Shown here piece after piece: positions 14,880 through 24,478 of a DNA stretch of 64,000 nucleotides. Each line of letters opens with the position of its first letter. Within the stretch, counting starts at the first letter, position 1. Under the pieces are notes generated by a model. That model was not told the DNA's origin and did not search any database. It saw only the letters and a program-made list of their open reading frames with translations. The position numbers were made by a program, and so were the translations under genes. This stretch comes from an uncultured Actinomycetes bacterium (GTDB taxonomy: Bacteria; Actinomycetota; Thermoleophilia; Gaiellales; Gaiellaceae), in contig CAWCCO010000008.1 of NCBI GenBank assembly GCA_963794115.1, positions 35,585 through 99,584 of the forward strand, read 5' to 3'.

Positions 14880-15130
14880 GGTGGCTCGGGATCGGCGCGG
14901 TGCAGGCCTGGCGCCACACGTTCGGGCTGCTGACGCCCCCGGGCACCTGCAAGTACCACCCGAGCTGCTCGCAGTACGCGATCGACGCGTTCAGGGAGCT
15001 CGGGCTCGTCCGTGGCGGGATCGTCGCCGGCTGGCGCCTGCTTCGGTGCAACCCGTGGAGCCACGGTGGCGTCGACCGTGTCGGCGACCGCACGCTGTTT
15101 CGCGGGCGTGAAGAGCGGAGCCGCGTGTGA
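14876..15130 (+). CDS. yidD: Membrane protein insertion efficiency factor YidD
   Basis: CKYHPSCSQYA...RLLRCNPWSHGGVD. Confidence 0.95.
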   Translation: MRWLGIGAVQAWRHTFGLLTPPGTCKYHPSCSQYAIDAFRELGLVRGGIVAGWRLLRCNPWSHGGVDRVGDRTLFRGREERSRV

Positions 15131-15985
15131 TCCTCGGGTTCACGAACCCGCTGAAGCCGCTCGAGGACCTCCTCACCTCGATCCTCGAGTGGCTCCACGG
15201 CACGGCCGGGCTCTCGTGGGCGTGGTCGATCGTCGCCCTCGTCGTCCTCGTCCGGATCATCCTCGTGCCGGTGATGGTCCGGCAGATCCACTCCATGCAG
15301 AACCTCCAGGCGCATGCGCCGGAGATGAAGGAGATCCAGCAGCGCTGGAAGCACGACCGGCAGCGGCAGAACGAGGAGCTGATGAAGTTCTACCGCGAGA
15401 ACAAGATCAATCCCGCGTCCTCGTGCCTGCCGATCGTCCTCCAGATCCCGATCTTCATCTCGCTCTTCTACGTCCTCAAGGACTTCGAGCGGGAGATCTT
15501 CCCGAGCTACCCGGGGTCGAGCCTCGAGTTCCTGGGGCTCGTCGACATCACGCAACCGACGATCGAAAGCTGGGGCCCGCTTCTGCTCGCCGTGTACGTC
15601 GGAAGCCAGCTGACCTCGTCGTACTACATGTCGATCTCGATGCAGAAGGCGCAGCGGATCCTGATGATGGTCCTGCCGATCGTCTTCATCCCGTTCGTCC
15701 TGCGGTTCCCGGCGGGCCTGATGATCTACTGGATGACGACGAACCTCTGGACGACCGGCCAGGGCTTTGTCACCCGCAGGCTGATGCCGCGGCCGAACGC
15801 CGCGGAGAAGCGAAGCTCGCGCACGCCCGCGAAGGACGAGCCGAAGCCGTCCGCCCAGAAGGCGAAGCAGGGACGCCGGGCCGAAGCCGGCGGCCCCCCA
15901 GTCCGCGGACGGCACCACGCGTACCGTCGCGGGACCGCCGCGGCGCGTGAAGCGCAAGCGCAGCGGAGGGGGCCGGCGACGGTGA
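15127..15985 (+). CDS. yidC: Membrane insertase YidC (one apparent +1 frameshift near 15870)
   Basis: SCLPIVLQIPIF and GLMIYWMTTNLW motifs. The natural basic tail ...PPRRVKRKRSGGGRRR* is in the +1 frame and ends at TGA 15983-85. Confidence 0.9.
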
Positions 15986-16674
15986 GCGACGAGGTCTCCG
16001 TCGAGGCTACGGGGGAGACCGTCGGCGAGGCGAAGTGGGCGGCGCTCCGGGAGCTCGAGCGCCTGGCGCCGGGCATCGACCGCGACGGGGTCCGCTTCCA
16101 GGTCGTCAGCGAGGGCGAGCGCGGCCTGCTCGGCGTCGGCTATGCGCCAGCCCGGGTCCTCGCGAGCGCAGAGCTACCACCCCCCGCGCCGGCGCGCCCC
16201 GAGACCGCCGACGAGGGCGAGCACGCGGTCGCCCGCGAGCTCCTCGAGCGCGTCGTCTCGACGCTCGGGCTCGACGCCACCGTGCGGGTCGAGGACGACC
16301 GGGACGAGGTGCTCGCGACGGTGACGGGCGCCGACCTCGGGGTTCTCATCGGCCGTCACGGTCAGATGATCGACTCGCTCCAGTACCTCGCGAACGCGAT
16401 CGCTCATCGGGCCGTCGGCGAGGAGCGCCGGCGGATCGTGGTCGACGCCGCCGGCTACCGGGCTCGCCGCGCCACGACGCTCGAGGCGCTCGCACGCCGG
16501 ACGGCCGAGCGGGCCTCCGCGACCGGCCACCGGGTCGAGCTGGAGCCGATGAGCGCCGTCGAGCGGCGGGTCGTCCACGAGGCGCTGAAGGACGACCCGG
16601 AGGTCACGACCGCGAGCGAGGGCACGGAGCCGAACCGGTTCGTCGTCGTCGTTCCCCGCCGCTCGGCGGACTGA
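15982..16674 (+). CDS. jag: Jag/EloR RNA-binding protein (Jag_N, KH, R3H)
   Basis: VEATGETV.EA, LIGRHG..IDSLQYL and R3H ERRVVHEAL...SEG.EPNRFVVV; GTG 15982. Confidence 0.93.
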   Translation: MSDEVSVEATGETVGEAKWAALRELERLAPGIDRDGVRFQVVSEGERGLLGVGYAPARVLASAELPPPAPARPETADEGEHAVARELLERVVSTLGLDATVRVEDDRDEVLATVTGADLGVLIGRHGQMIDSLQYLANAIAHRAVGEERRRIVVDAAGYRARRATTLEALARRTAERASATGHRVELEPMSAVERRVVHEALKDDPEVTTASEGTEPNRFVVVVPRRSAD

Positions 16675-16679
16675 CCTAA

Positions 16680-16780
16680 CGTGGGGGAACCACATGGTTC
16701 CCCCACGAGCCCCCTCCTTCCGCGTACCTCGCGGGTCGCCCGCTTGTTGGCCTCCCACCCGGCAAAGCCGGGCTCCGGCC
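16680..16780. repeat. REP/BIME-like multi-hairpin intergenic element
   Basis: 13-bp perfect inverted repeat CGTGGGGGAACCA/TGGTTCCCCCACG (16680-16707), CCGCG/CGCGG (16720-34) and CCCGGC-AAA-GCCGGG (16758-72). Single copy seen in this window. Confidence 0.5.
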
Positions 16781-16788
16781 GCATAGCG

Positions 16789-17385
16789 TTGGTTCGTCGT
16801 TCCACCGTTCTCGACCGATGGCTCGACGCCGTGCTCGCCACGCCTGGGCTGACGGCGATCGAGGACCTGACCGAGGCACGCCGCGTGCTGCTCGACGACG
16901 CCCTGCGCGCCGTCCCGTTGGTCGAGGCGGAGAGCGGGCCGCTCGTCGACGTCGGCTCCGGCGGCGGGACGCCGGGGATCCCGCTCGCGGCGTCGCTGCC
17001 TCCATTCGAGGTGACGCTTCTCGAGGCCGAGCGGCGGAAGTGCGACTTCCTCGAGCGTTGGACGCGGGAGCTCCCGAACCTCCGTGTCGTGTGGGGCCGG
17101 GCCGAGGAGCAGCCGCCGGACACGTTCGGCGTTGCGGTCGCGAAGGCGCTTGCGCACCCGCCGACCGCCGCGGAGTGGTGCCTGCCACTCGTCCGCGAGG
17201 GTGGTGCGGCGATTCTCTGGGTCGGGTCGTCCGCCGACCTCGTGCGCGTCGGCCTCGTCGCGGAGCGGCTGGCGGCGGGGGTCGAGAGCGCCGACGCAGG
17301 GCTGGTCGTCCTGCGCAAGCTCGGGTCGACGCCCGCGGGCTTCCCGCGCCGGCCCGGGATGGCGCGCAAGCGTCCGCTCGCATGA
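16789..17385 (+). CDS. rsmG: 16S rRNA m7G527 methyltransferase RsmG (GidB)
   Basis: DVGSGGGTPGIPLA, LLEA.RRKCDFL, GRAEE and TP..FPRR.G...KRPL motifs. Start uncertain (TTG 16789 chosen). Confidence 0.92.
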   Translation: MVRRSTVLDRWLDAVLATPGLTAIEDLTEARRVLLDDALRAVPLVEAESGPLVDVGSGGGTPGIPLAASLPPFEVTLLEAERRKCDFLERWTRELPNLRVVWGRAEEQPPDTFGVAVAKALAHPPTAAEWCLPLVREGGAAILWVGSSADLVRVGLVAERLAAGVESADAGLVVLRKLGSTPAGFPRRPGMARKRPLA

Positions 17386-17431
17386 CGCGGCGGCGGCGAG
17401 GAGTGACAAGAGGCGCCGCGAAACCGGTTGT

Positions 17432-17677
17432 GTGAACGACGACGACGATCGTGAGGTCAAGCTCGAGGCCTCCGCCTCGCTGTTCGACTCGGCCGCGGAC
17501 GAGCTCGACCTCGCCGGTGCGCACGCCCGTAGGGCAGCCGAGCAGTTCCGCGAGGGCGACATCCCCCGCGCCATGTCCCATGCGTGGGCGGCGCTCGGGC
17601 ACCTGAAGACGGGTGAGGACCGGCTCGTCGTGCAGGCGCGAGAGCATCGGCAACCCCCTTCCGCAGCAGCACCGTGA
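17432..17677 (+). CDS. Small helical hypothetical protein (81 aa)
   Basis: GC3-rich ORF VNDDDDREVKLEASASLFDSAADELDLAGAHARRAAEQFREGDIPRAMSHAWAALGHL... between rsmG and parA. Confidence 0.65.
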   Translation: MNDDDDREVKLEASASLFDSAADELDLAGAHARRAAEQFREGDIPRAMSHAWAALGHLKTGEDRLVVQAREHRQPPSAAAP

Positions 17678-17716
17678 CACAGGCCGGGCGTCCGGGGCGG
17701 CGAGTAGCCTGACCTC

Positions 17717-18475
17717 GTGTCGGCCCGGATCGTCGCGGTTGCGAACCAGAAGGGCGGCGTCGGCAAGACGACGACCGCGATCAACCTTGCTGCGTGCCTG
17801 GCGGAGGCCGGTGAGCGCTGCCTGCTCGTCGACCTCGACCCGCAGGCCAATGCGACGTCGGGCCTCGGACGCCGCGCGAACGGCGTGTCGACCCTCGATC
17901 TGCTGGACGGCGTGCCACTCGGCGAGCTGACGCGACCGAGCTCGTTTGCGAACCTCGACCTCGTGCCTGCGAAGGCGGAGCTCGCGGCGACGAGCGTCCA
18001 GCTCTCCGCGCTCGCGGGCGGCGAGCGGTACCTCTCGGATGCGCTGACGGACGAGGCAACGGCTGCCTACGGGTTCGTGTTCCTCGACTGCCCGCCGGCT
18101 TTCGGTCCCCTCACGGTCAACGCGCTCGCGGCTGCCGACCGCGTGCTCGTGCCCGTGCAGGCGGAGTACTACGCGCTCGAGGGCCTCTCGCAGCTGCTCG
18201 GGTCGATCGATCTCGTCAAGCGCCGGCTCAACCCCGGGCTCGGCGTCGCCGGGATCCTCCTGACGATGGTCGACGCTCGCACTCGCCTCGCCGCCGAGGT
18301 CGAGGAGGAGCTCCGCAGCCACTTCGGCCGCCTCGTCTTCACGACCACGGTGCCCCGCTCGGTCCGCCTGGCCGAGGCGCCGAGCCACGGCGTGCCCGCG
18401 ATCGCCTACGACCGCCGCTCCGCCGGCGCCGAGGCCTACTGGAAGGTGGCGATGGAGCTTGTCGAGCGCGCCTGA
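17717..18475 (+). CDS. parA: Chromosome partitioning ATPase ParA/Soj
   Basis: NQKGGVGKTTT, DLDPQANAT, DCPP, PVQAEYYALEG and PRSVRLAEAPSHG motifs. Confidence 0.97.
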   Translation: MSARIVAVANQKGGVGKTTTAINLAACLAEAGERCLLVDLDPQANATSGLGRRANGVSTLDLLDGVPLGELTRPSSFANLDLVPAKAELAATSVQLSALAGGERYLSDALTDEATAAYGFVFLDCPPAFGPLTVNALAAADRVLVPVQAEYYALEGLSQLLGSIDLVKRRLNPGLGVAGILLTMVDARTRLAAEVEEELRSHFGRLVFTTTVPRSVRLAEAPSHGVPAIAYDRRSAGAEAYWKVAMELVERA

Positions 18476-19310
18476 GACACCGACTCCGCGGCGAGGGCTG
18501 GGCCGCGGCCTCGAAGTCCTCGTCGGCGGCGGGGAAGCCGCGGAGGCCGAGCTCATCCGGCTCCCGCTCGACGTGATCCATCCGAACCCGAAGCAGCCCC
18601 GCCGGCGCTTCGAGCCGGACGCCACCGCGGGGCTCGCGTCGTCGCTCAAGCACCAGGGCGTCCTCCAGCCGGTCGTCGTGCGGCCGCGTGCGACAGGCGG
18701 CTACGAGCTGATCGCAGGCGAGCGTCGCTGGCGAGCCGCGCGCGAGGCCGGTCTCGACACGCTGCCCGCGCTCGTGCGGCAGACCGACGACCGTGAGACG
18801 CTCCTGCTCTCGCTGGTCGAGAACGTCGCACGCGAGGATCTCTCGCCCGTCGAGGAAGCCCGCGCGTACGCCGTGCTCGTGGACGAGCTCGAGCTGTCCC
18901 TCGGAGACCTCGCGGCGCGCGTGGGTCGGTCGAAGGCCGGCGTCTCGAACCGGCTGCGCCTGCTCGAGCTGCCCGAGGAGGTCCTCTGGATGCTGGCGCG
19001 GGGCGAGCTGACCGAGGGACATGCGCGGGCGGTGCTCGCCGTGCCCGACGACGACGCCCGGCTCCGGCTCGCACGGCGGGCCGCCCGCGACGGCCTCACG
19101 GTGCGCGCGACGGAGCGCGCCGCCCAGGAGAGCGGCGCTCGGCGCAGGCCGCGCTCGTCACCTGTCGACCCTGCCCTCGCGGAGCGAGCACGTCACGCCG
19201 CCGAGCGGCTGACCGGGCTGCCGGCGCGAGTCTCGGCCGGCAAGCTCGAGCTCCACTTCGGCGACGAGACCCGCCTAGCCGAGCTCGTCGAGACCCTCGA
19301 GTCTCTGTAA
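18459..19310 (+). CDS. parB: Chromosome partitioning protein ParB/Spo0J
   Basis: GLGRGL N-terminus, PNPKQPR, IAGERRWRAA, ENVAREDL and HTH region. Confidence 0.96.
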   Translation: MSSAPETPTPRRGLGRGLEVLVGGGEAAEAELIRLPLDVIHPNPKQPRRRFEPDATAGLASSLKHQGVLQPVVVRPRATGGYELIAGERRWRAAREAGLDTLPALVRQTDDRETLLLSLVENVAREDLSPVEEARAYAVLVDELELSLGDLAARVGRSKAGVSNRLRLLELPEEVLWMLARGELTEGHARAVLAVPDDDARLRLARRAARDGLTVRATERAAQESGARRRPRSSPVDPALAERARHAAERLTGLPARVSAGKLELHFGDETRLAELVETLESL

Positions 19311-19360
19311 GCGTCCGCGGCGTGAGCCGCTCCGGGCGTGCGGTACACTCGGCGACCGCC

Positions 19361-19434
<74 letters not shown>

Positions 19435-19449
19435 CCTCCTCTGCGCCGA

Positions 19450-19478
19450 GACGCCAATCTGCCGAGCAGATTGCCGTC
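19450..19478 (+). terminator. Hairpin downstream of tRNA-Ile
   Basis: GACG-c-CAATCTGC-cga-GCAGATTG-c-CGTC stem-loop; no U-tract. Confidence 0.4.
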
Positions 19479-19646
19479 GCGCGAAAGGCCCTGAAGGCGT
19501 CAGCTGTCGCGGCCGCAACTGCTCCGCCGCTGCCTTGCGTGCCGCTGCGAGCGATGGCACCCGCATGCCACGCCGCGGACGCCTTGCCGCGCCCGAGCCG
19601 GACCGGCTTGACCCCCGCAGGGCGTGTCTACACTGAGAAGCGGGTC

Positions 19647-20177
19647 ATGCAGGAGATGACGGTCTACGGCGTGAGCTTCGACCTCGTCGGCAAGCAGCCG
19701 ATCGTCCTCCTCCGAACGACCGAAGGGCGCACCTTCCTCCCCATCTGGATCGGCCACCCCGAGGCGGCCGCGATCCTCATGCGCCTCCAGGGCCAGGACC
19801 CGCCGAGGCCGCTCACCCACGACCTCACGTGCTCGATCATCGACTCGCTCGACGCAGCGGTGGAACGTGTCACGGTCACCGAGCTGCGGGACAGCACGTT
19901 CTTCGCGCAGATCACGCTCGTGCTGAACGGGACGGAGATCGAGATCGACTCCCGCACCTCCGACGCGATCGCGATCGCGCTCCGGACGGACGCGAAGATC
20001 TACGCGGCCGACGAGGTGATCGACGAGTCCGGCGTCCAGTTCGAGGGCGACGAGCCGGACTTCGCGCACTCGGGCAGCGTGATGAGCCTGGGCGACGTCG
20101 ACATGAACGAGTTCCGACAGTTCCTCGATCGGGTCACACCGGATGAGTTCGCCACCGGCGAGGACGAGCCGGACTAG
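19647..20177 (+). CDS. Bifunctional nuclease (DUF151) family protein
   Basis: LPIWIG..EA.AI, RPLTHDL and EIDSRTSDAIAIALR motifs. Confidence 0.93.
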   Translation: MQEMTVYGVSFDLVGKQPIVLLRTTEGRTFLPIWIGHPEAAAILMRLQGQDPPRPLTHDLTCSIIDSLDAAVERVTVTELRDSTFFAQITLVLNGTEIEIDSRTSDAIAIALRTDAKIYAADEVIDESGVQFEGDEPDFAHSGSVMSLGDVDMNEFRQFLDRVTPDEFATGEDEPD

Positions 20178-20452
20178 ACGTCTCCGCCGAGCTCGCGCTT
20201 CGTGAGCTCGAGCAGCTCCCCGACGAGCCGATCGAGGCCCTCGTTGGAGAGCGGGCCCGGGTTCGATGCGCGGAGCTCCTCACGCAGGCGACGCTCGCGC
20301 TCCGGGTCGAGGCGGGCGGCTCCCTGCTCTGCCTTCAGCCGCCACAGCTCCTCGACGAGCCTCAGACGCACGTTCACGGCCTCGACGACCGCCCGATCGC
20401 TCTCCTCGATCAGGCGGCGGAGCTCGGCGAACCGCTCGTCCGTCCCCGTCAC
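20174..20452 (-). CDS. Chorismate mutase (AroQ/type II), standalone
   Basis: ELRRLIEESDRAVVEAVNVRLRLV..L...K......DPERE pattern; GTG 20452. Confidence 0.75.
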   Translation of the reverse strand: MTGTDERFAELRRLIEESDRAVVEAVNVRLRLVEELWRLKAEQGAARLDPERERRLREELRASNPGPLSNEGLDRLVGELLELTKRELGGDV

Positions 20453-21111
20453 ACCGTCACCGCCGCGATCAGGGCGATCCCGTTGAAGAGGGCGTGCAGC
20501 GCGATCGTCGGGTAGATGCTCCCCGTCCTCAGCCGGACCCAGGCGAGGATCAGGCCGAAGATCGTCAGCACCGGCAGCGCGATGAAGAGGCCGTGCGCGA
20601 GGCCGAATGCGATCGCCGTCACGACGACCGCCGGGCCGTTCCCGAACGCGTCGCGCACCGCCGCGAAGCCGAGACCGCGGTAGGTGAGCTCCTCGACCAC
20701 CGGCGCGACCGCGGCGACGACGATGAAGTTCGCGACGAACGGCGCCGCGTGACCGGGATCCCACTTGTCGGGGACGAGGCCCTGCTCCTTCCCGGCGGGA
20801 AGGATCGGGTTCAGGGCGGCGCCGATCACCCAGATCGCGACGAGCGCCACCGCGATGCGGCCGACCGCCGACGTCCATGCGGCCGGACGCGTGAGCCCGA
20901 GGGTCGCCGGAGCGATCCCCCGGGCGATGAGGAGGACGATCGCGAGGATGATCGCGTACTGGACCAGCCCGCCGATCGCCGACGACCAGCGGAAGAGCAG
21001 GTCATCGGGCGTGTCGGCCGTATCGGCCAGGTTGGCGGCGTACGAGAGCGCGGCGAGCGCCGTGACGAGGATCGCCCACCCGACGAGACGCGGCCGCGGA
21101 ACCTCGGTCAT
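20449..21111 (-). CDS. CPBP (CAAX/Abi) intramembrane glutamic endopeptidase
   Basis: APVVEELTYRG, FGLAH and HALFN motifs; ATG 21111. Confidence 0.92.
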   Translation of the reverse strand: MTEVPRPRLVGWAILVTALAALSYAANLADTADTPDDLLFRWSSAIGGLVQYAIILAIVLLIARGIAPATLGLTRPAAWTSAVGRIAVALVAIWVIGAALNPILPAGKEQGLVPDKWDPGHAAPFVANFIVVAAVAPVVEELTYRGLGFAAVRDAFGNGPAVVVTAIAFGLAHGLFIALPVLTIFGLILAWVRLRTGSIYPTIALHALFNGIALIAAVTV

Positions 21112-22193
21112 GACACCCAGTACCACAGCGACCATCGAACCACGTCCACCGCGAGGGCGGCGCCCAGAACCATGACGACGGCGACGTTCACGCGACGGTC
21201 GCGGCCGAGGACCGCGAGAGCGGCGAGACACGGGAACGCCGCCAGCGCGAGCCGCGGGAACGAGTACAGGCCGCCGAGCCGCTCGGACGGGAACGCCATC
21301 GGGATCGCGAGGGCGACGAGGGCGTACACGCCGTACGGTGCGCCGAGCACGCGCCAGGCCAGCACCGCGAGGGCCACGAGCGCGACCGCGAGGAGCGGCC
21401 CGAGCACGTCGCCTTCCCCGATCGCCTGCACGAGGCCGCCCAGCGGGCCGAGCGGCGCGAGCGAACGGTCCCAGATGCCCTGCGCGTCGAGAAACGCGAG
21501 GCCGTGCCCGATCCAGACCTCGAGGAGGATCGGGTAGACGAGGAACAACGCGACCGGAACCGCGAGCAGCGCGAGCGAGCGAGCACGACGCTCCGATCGC
21601 CACGCGAACAGCGCGAGGGCGGGAAGCAGCGCGAGGCCCTGGGCGCGGGTCAGCATCGCGAGCCCCGCGGCGACCGCAGCCCAGCCGAGCCGACCGCGCT
21701 CTGCGAGGAGGAACGTCCCGATCGCGAGCGCGAGGAACAACCCCTCGCCGTAGACCACCCCGAGGAAGAGCGACGTCGGGAACACGGCGAGGTAGAGCAC
21801 CGTGCGGCGCGCGTCCCGCGGGCCGAGCCGCAGCCGGACGACCTCGAACAGCAGGGCGAACGCGGCCGCCGACGCGGCCAGCGAGACGAGGACGCCGCCG
21901 AGGAGGAAGCGGTCGCCGAGCACGCGCCCGACGACGGCGATCGCAGCGGGATAGAGCGGGAAGAAGGCAGGCGTGCTGGAGGGCCAGCGGTACCCGGACT
22001 CGGCGATGCGGAGGTACCAGTCGCTGTCCCAGCGCGCGAGGACGTCGAACCAGTTGCCGAGCTCGTGCAACCGCGGCGTGTCCCAACGTCCGCGTGACGG
22101 GTTGAGGTGATCGTCGAACAGGAGCACCGTCGCCGCCGCGAGCCCCCAGATCGCGAGCCGGCTCCAGGCGAAGATCGCCAAAGCGCCTCTCAT
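21108..22193 (-). CDS. GT-C mannosyltransferase-like protein (PIG-V/GT76-like)
   Basis: RWDSDWYLRIAESGY...AFFPLYP and FP.SLFL...YGE.LFL motifs; multi-TM. Confidence 0.85.
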   Translation of the reverse strand: MRGALAIFAWSRLAIWGLAAATVLLFDDHLNPSRGRWDTPRLHELGNWFDVLARWDSDWYLRIAESGYRWPSSTPAFFPLYPAAIAVVGRVLGDRFLLGGVLVSLAASAAAFALLFEVVRLRLGPRDARRTVLYLAVFPTSLFLGVVYGEGLFLALAIGTFLLAERGRLGWAAVAAGLAMLTRAQGLALLPALALFAWRSERRARSLALLAVPVALFLVYPILLEVWIGHGLAFLDAQGIWDRSLAPLGPLGGLVQAIGEGDVLGPLLAVALVALAVLAWRVLGAPYGVYALVALAIPMAFPSERLGGLYSFPRLALAAFPCLAALAVLGRDRRVNVAVVMVLGAALAVDVVRWSLWYWVS

Positions 22194-22351
22194 CGACGGC
22201 GGCGAGGCGTCACCGAAGCCCGCTCTGCGTGGCGGCCACGACCCTGCGAACGTCGCCCCGCACCCGGCCGACGATACCGCGTCCACGAGGGGAGGGCGAG
22301 GTGCGGGACCGGCCGTGGAGAACCTTTGGAGACCATGGCTACCATCGCGCA

Positions 22352-24478
22352 ATGAGCCCCTCGCGGCGACCGCGCCCGAGGCGCAGGCCAGCGCCGACGC
22401 CGATCCGTCCCCGGCGCCGCAGGCAGCGGTCCAGCCACCGCGGCCGCTTCGTCGTGCTGCTGCTCGCCGCCGCGGTGCTCGTCGCCGCGGGCATCGCCGG
22501 CGCGACCGCGGTGATCACCTTCGCCCCGCGCTGCGACCTCTCGGCGCTCCATCCCGTGAAGATCGGGCAGAACACGTTCGTCTACGCCGCCGACGGCTCG
22601 CTGCTCGGCTCGATCCCGGCGGAGCGGAACCGCCAGGTCGTGCCGCTCGCGCGGATGTCGCGCTGGCTGCCGCTGGCGACGGTCGCGATCGAGGACCGGC
22701 GCTTCTACTCGCACGGGGGGATCGACGCCGAGGGCATCGCGCGCGCGCTGTGGCGCGACGTCAACGCGGGCCGGGTCGTCGAGGGCGGCTCGACGATCAC
22801 CCAGCAGCTCGTCCGCACGCTGTACATCTCGAGCGAGCGCACGGTCGAGCGGAAGGTCACCGAGGCGTGTCTCGCCGTGAAGCTCGACCGCAAGTGGTCG
22901 AAGCAGCGGATCCTCGCGACCTACCTGAACTCCGTCTTCTACGGCAACCTCGCCTACGGCGCAGAGGCGGCGTCACATACCTACTTCTCGCGCGCCGCGA
23001 GCCGGCTGACCCTGTCGCAGGCGGCGCTGCTCGCCGGGCTGACGAAGGCACCGTCGGCGTACGACCCGTTCGTCGACCAGGCCGACGCCGTGGCGCGACG
23101 CAACGTGGTCCTCGCCGCGATGCTGCGACAGGGGGTGATCACCCCCAAGCAGTACGCGAGCGCCAGCCGAAGCCGCTCCGCCGGGCTCCATCCCGGGAAC
23201 CTCTACGAGGAGATCCGCGAGCCGTACTTCTTCGGGTTCGTGCGGAACGAGCTCGTAGACGCCTATGGCGCGGAAACGGTCCGTTCGGGCGGGCTGCGGG
23301 TGTACACGACGATCCAGCCGCGTCTGCAGCGTCTTGCGCACGTGGCGATCTCGGGCACCCTGACACGCCGCGACGACCCGGCCGCGGCGGTCATCTCGAT
23401 CGACCCGGGCTCGGGCGCGATCCGCGCGATGACCGCGATCGTCCCGGGCCGCGCGAACAACCAGTTCAACCTGCTCTCGCAGGCGCGCAGGCAGCCTGGC
23501 TCGACCTTCAAGACGTTCGTGCTGACCGCTGCTGTCGATCGCGGCATGGACCCGGACTCGACGTACTACGTCTCCGCGCCGTTCACGTATCGGCCCGGCG
23601 AGGCGGGCAGCTGCGAGGACGAGACGTGGTGGTGCGTGAAGACGTACGACTCGAGCTACACCGGCTGGACGTCGGTCACGAACGCGACGCTCCGCTCCGA
23701 CAACACCGTGTACGCCCAGCTGACCCTGGACGTCGGGCCGGCCGGCGTCGCCGCGATGGCGAGGCGGCTCGGCGTGCGGACGCCGCTCGCGGTGAAGGGC
23801 CAGTACGTCCCGGCGATGGGCCTCGGCTCGATCGCCGTGTCTCCGCTCGACATGGCCTCCGCCTACGCGACGCTCGCCGCGGGCGGGGTCTACTCGGAGC
23901 CGACGGCGATCCGGAAGGTGCTCTTGCCGAGCGGCAAGCTCGACACTCGGTGGGCGCGGGATCGCCACCGCAAGCGCGTGATCCCCGACGGAGTCGCGTC
24001 GGTCGTGACGAGCATCCTCGAGGACAACATCCGCTACGGCACGGGTACGAGGGCCGCGCTCGACCGGCCCGCGGCGGGCAAGACCGGCACGACGGACGAG
24101 CACGCCGACGCGTGGTTCGTCGGCTACACGCCGAGCCTCGCGACCGCCGTCTGGATGGGCTACACACGCGGGGAGGTGCCGATGCTCGACGTGCACGGGA
24201 TCGCCGTCTCGGGCGGAAGCTTCCCGGCCGAGATCTGGCGCCGGTTCATGGCGCCCGCGCTCGAGCGCACGCCCGTCGTCGACTTCCCGGAGCCGCGGCA
24301 GCCCGCTGTGTTCACGACCTGGCAGCGTGGGCCGAACGCCCTCTCGTACGACCCGTACTACGTCGCGCCGGAGACGACGACGACCGACACGACGGCCTCC
24401 GACAGCGGTCCGAAGCAGAGCGGCAAGGCCGAGGCGGACGCGACGCCCGCGGGCGCGGGCCGAGCGACCGGCCGGTGA
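22352..24478 (+). CDS. Class A penicillin-binding protein (transglycosylase/transpeptidase)
   Basis: EDRRFYSH.G, GGSTITQQL, SxxK (GSTFK), SDN and KTGT motifs. Confidence 0.95.
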   Translation: MSPSRRPRPRRRPAPTPIRPRRRRQRSSHRGRFVVLLLAAAVLVAAGIAGATAVITFAPRCDLSALHPVKIGQNTFVYAADGSLLGSIPAERNRQVVPLARMSRWLPLATVAIEDRRFYSHGGIDAEGIARALWRDVNAGRVVEGGSTITQQLVRTLYISSERTVERKVTEACLAVKLDRKWSKQRILATYLNSVFYGNLAYGAEAASHTYFSRAASRLTLSQAALLAGLTKAPSAYDPFVDQADAVARRNVVLAAMLRQGVITPKQYASASRSRSAGLHPGNLYEEIREPYFFGFVRNELVDAYGAETVRSGGLRVYTTIQPRLQRLAHVAISGTLTRRDDPAAAVISIDPGSGAIRAMTAIVPGRANNQFNLLSQARRQPGSTFKTFVLTAAVDRGMDPDSTYYVSAPFTYRPGEAGSCEDETWWCVKTYDSSYTGWTSVTNATLRSDNTVYAQLTLDVGPAGVAAMARRLGVRTPLAVKGQYVPAMGLGSIAVSPLDMASAYATLAAGGVYSEPTAIRKVLLPSGKLDTRWARDRHRKRVIPDGVASVVTSILEDNIRYGTGTRAALDRPAAGKTGTTDEHADAWFVGYTPSLATAVWMGYTRGEVPMLDVHGIAVSGGSFPAEIWRRFMAPALERTPVVDFPEPRQPAVFTTWQRGPNALSYDPYYVAPETTTTDTTASDSGPKQSGKAEADATPAGAGRATGR

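Noticed and set aside
15127-16674. Genuine 515-aa YidC-Jag fusion protein
   Set aside because: An intact YidC basic tail and GTGA stop/start overlap exist in the +1 frame; a single extra G explains the fusion.
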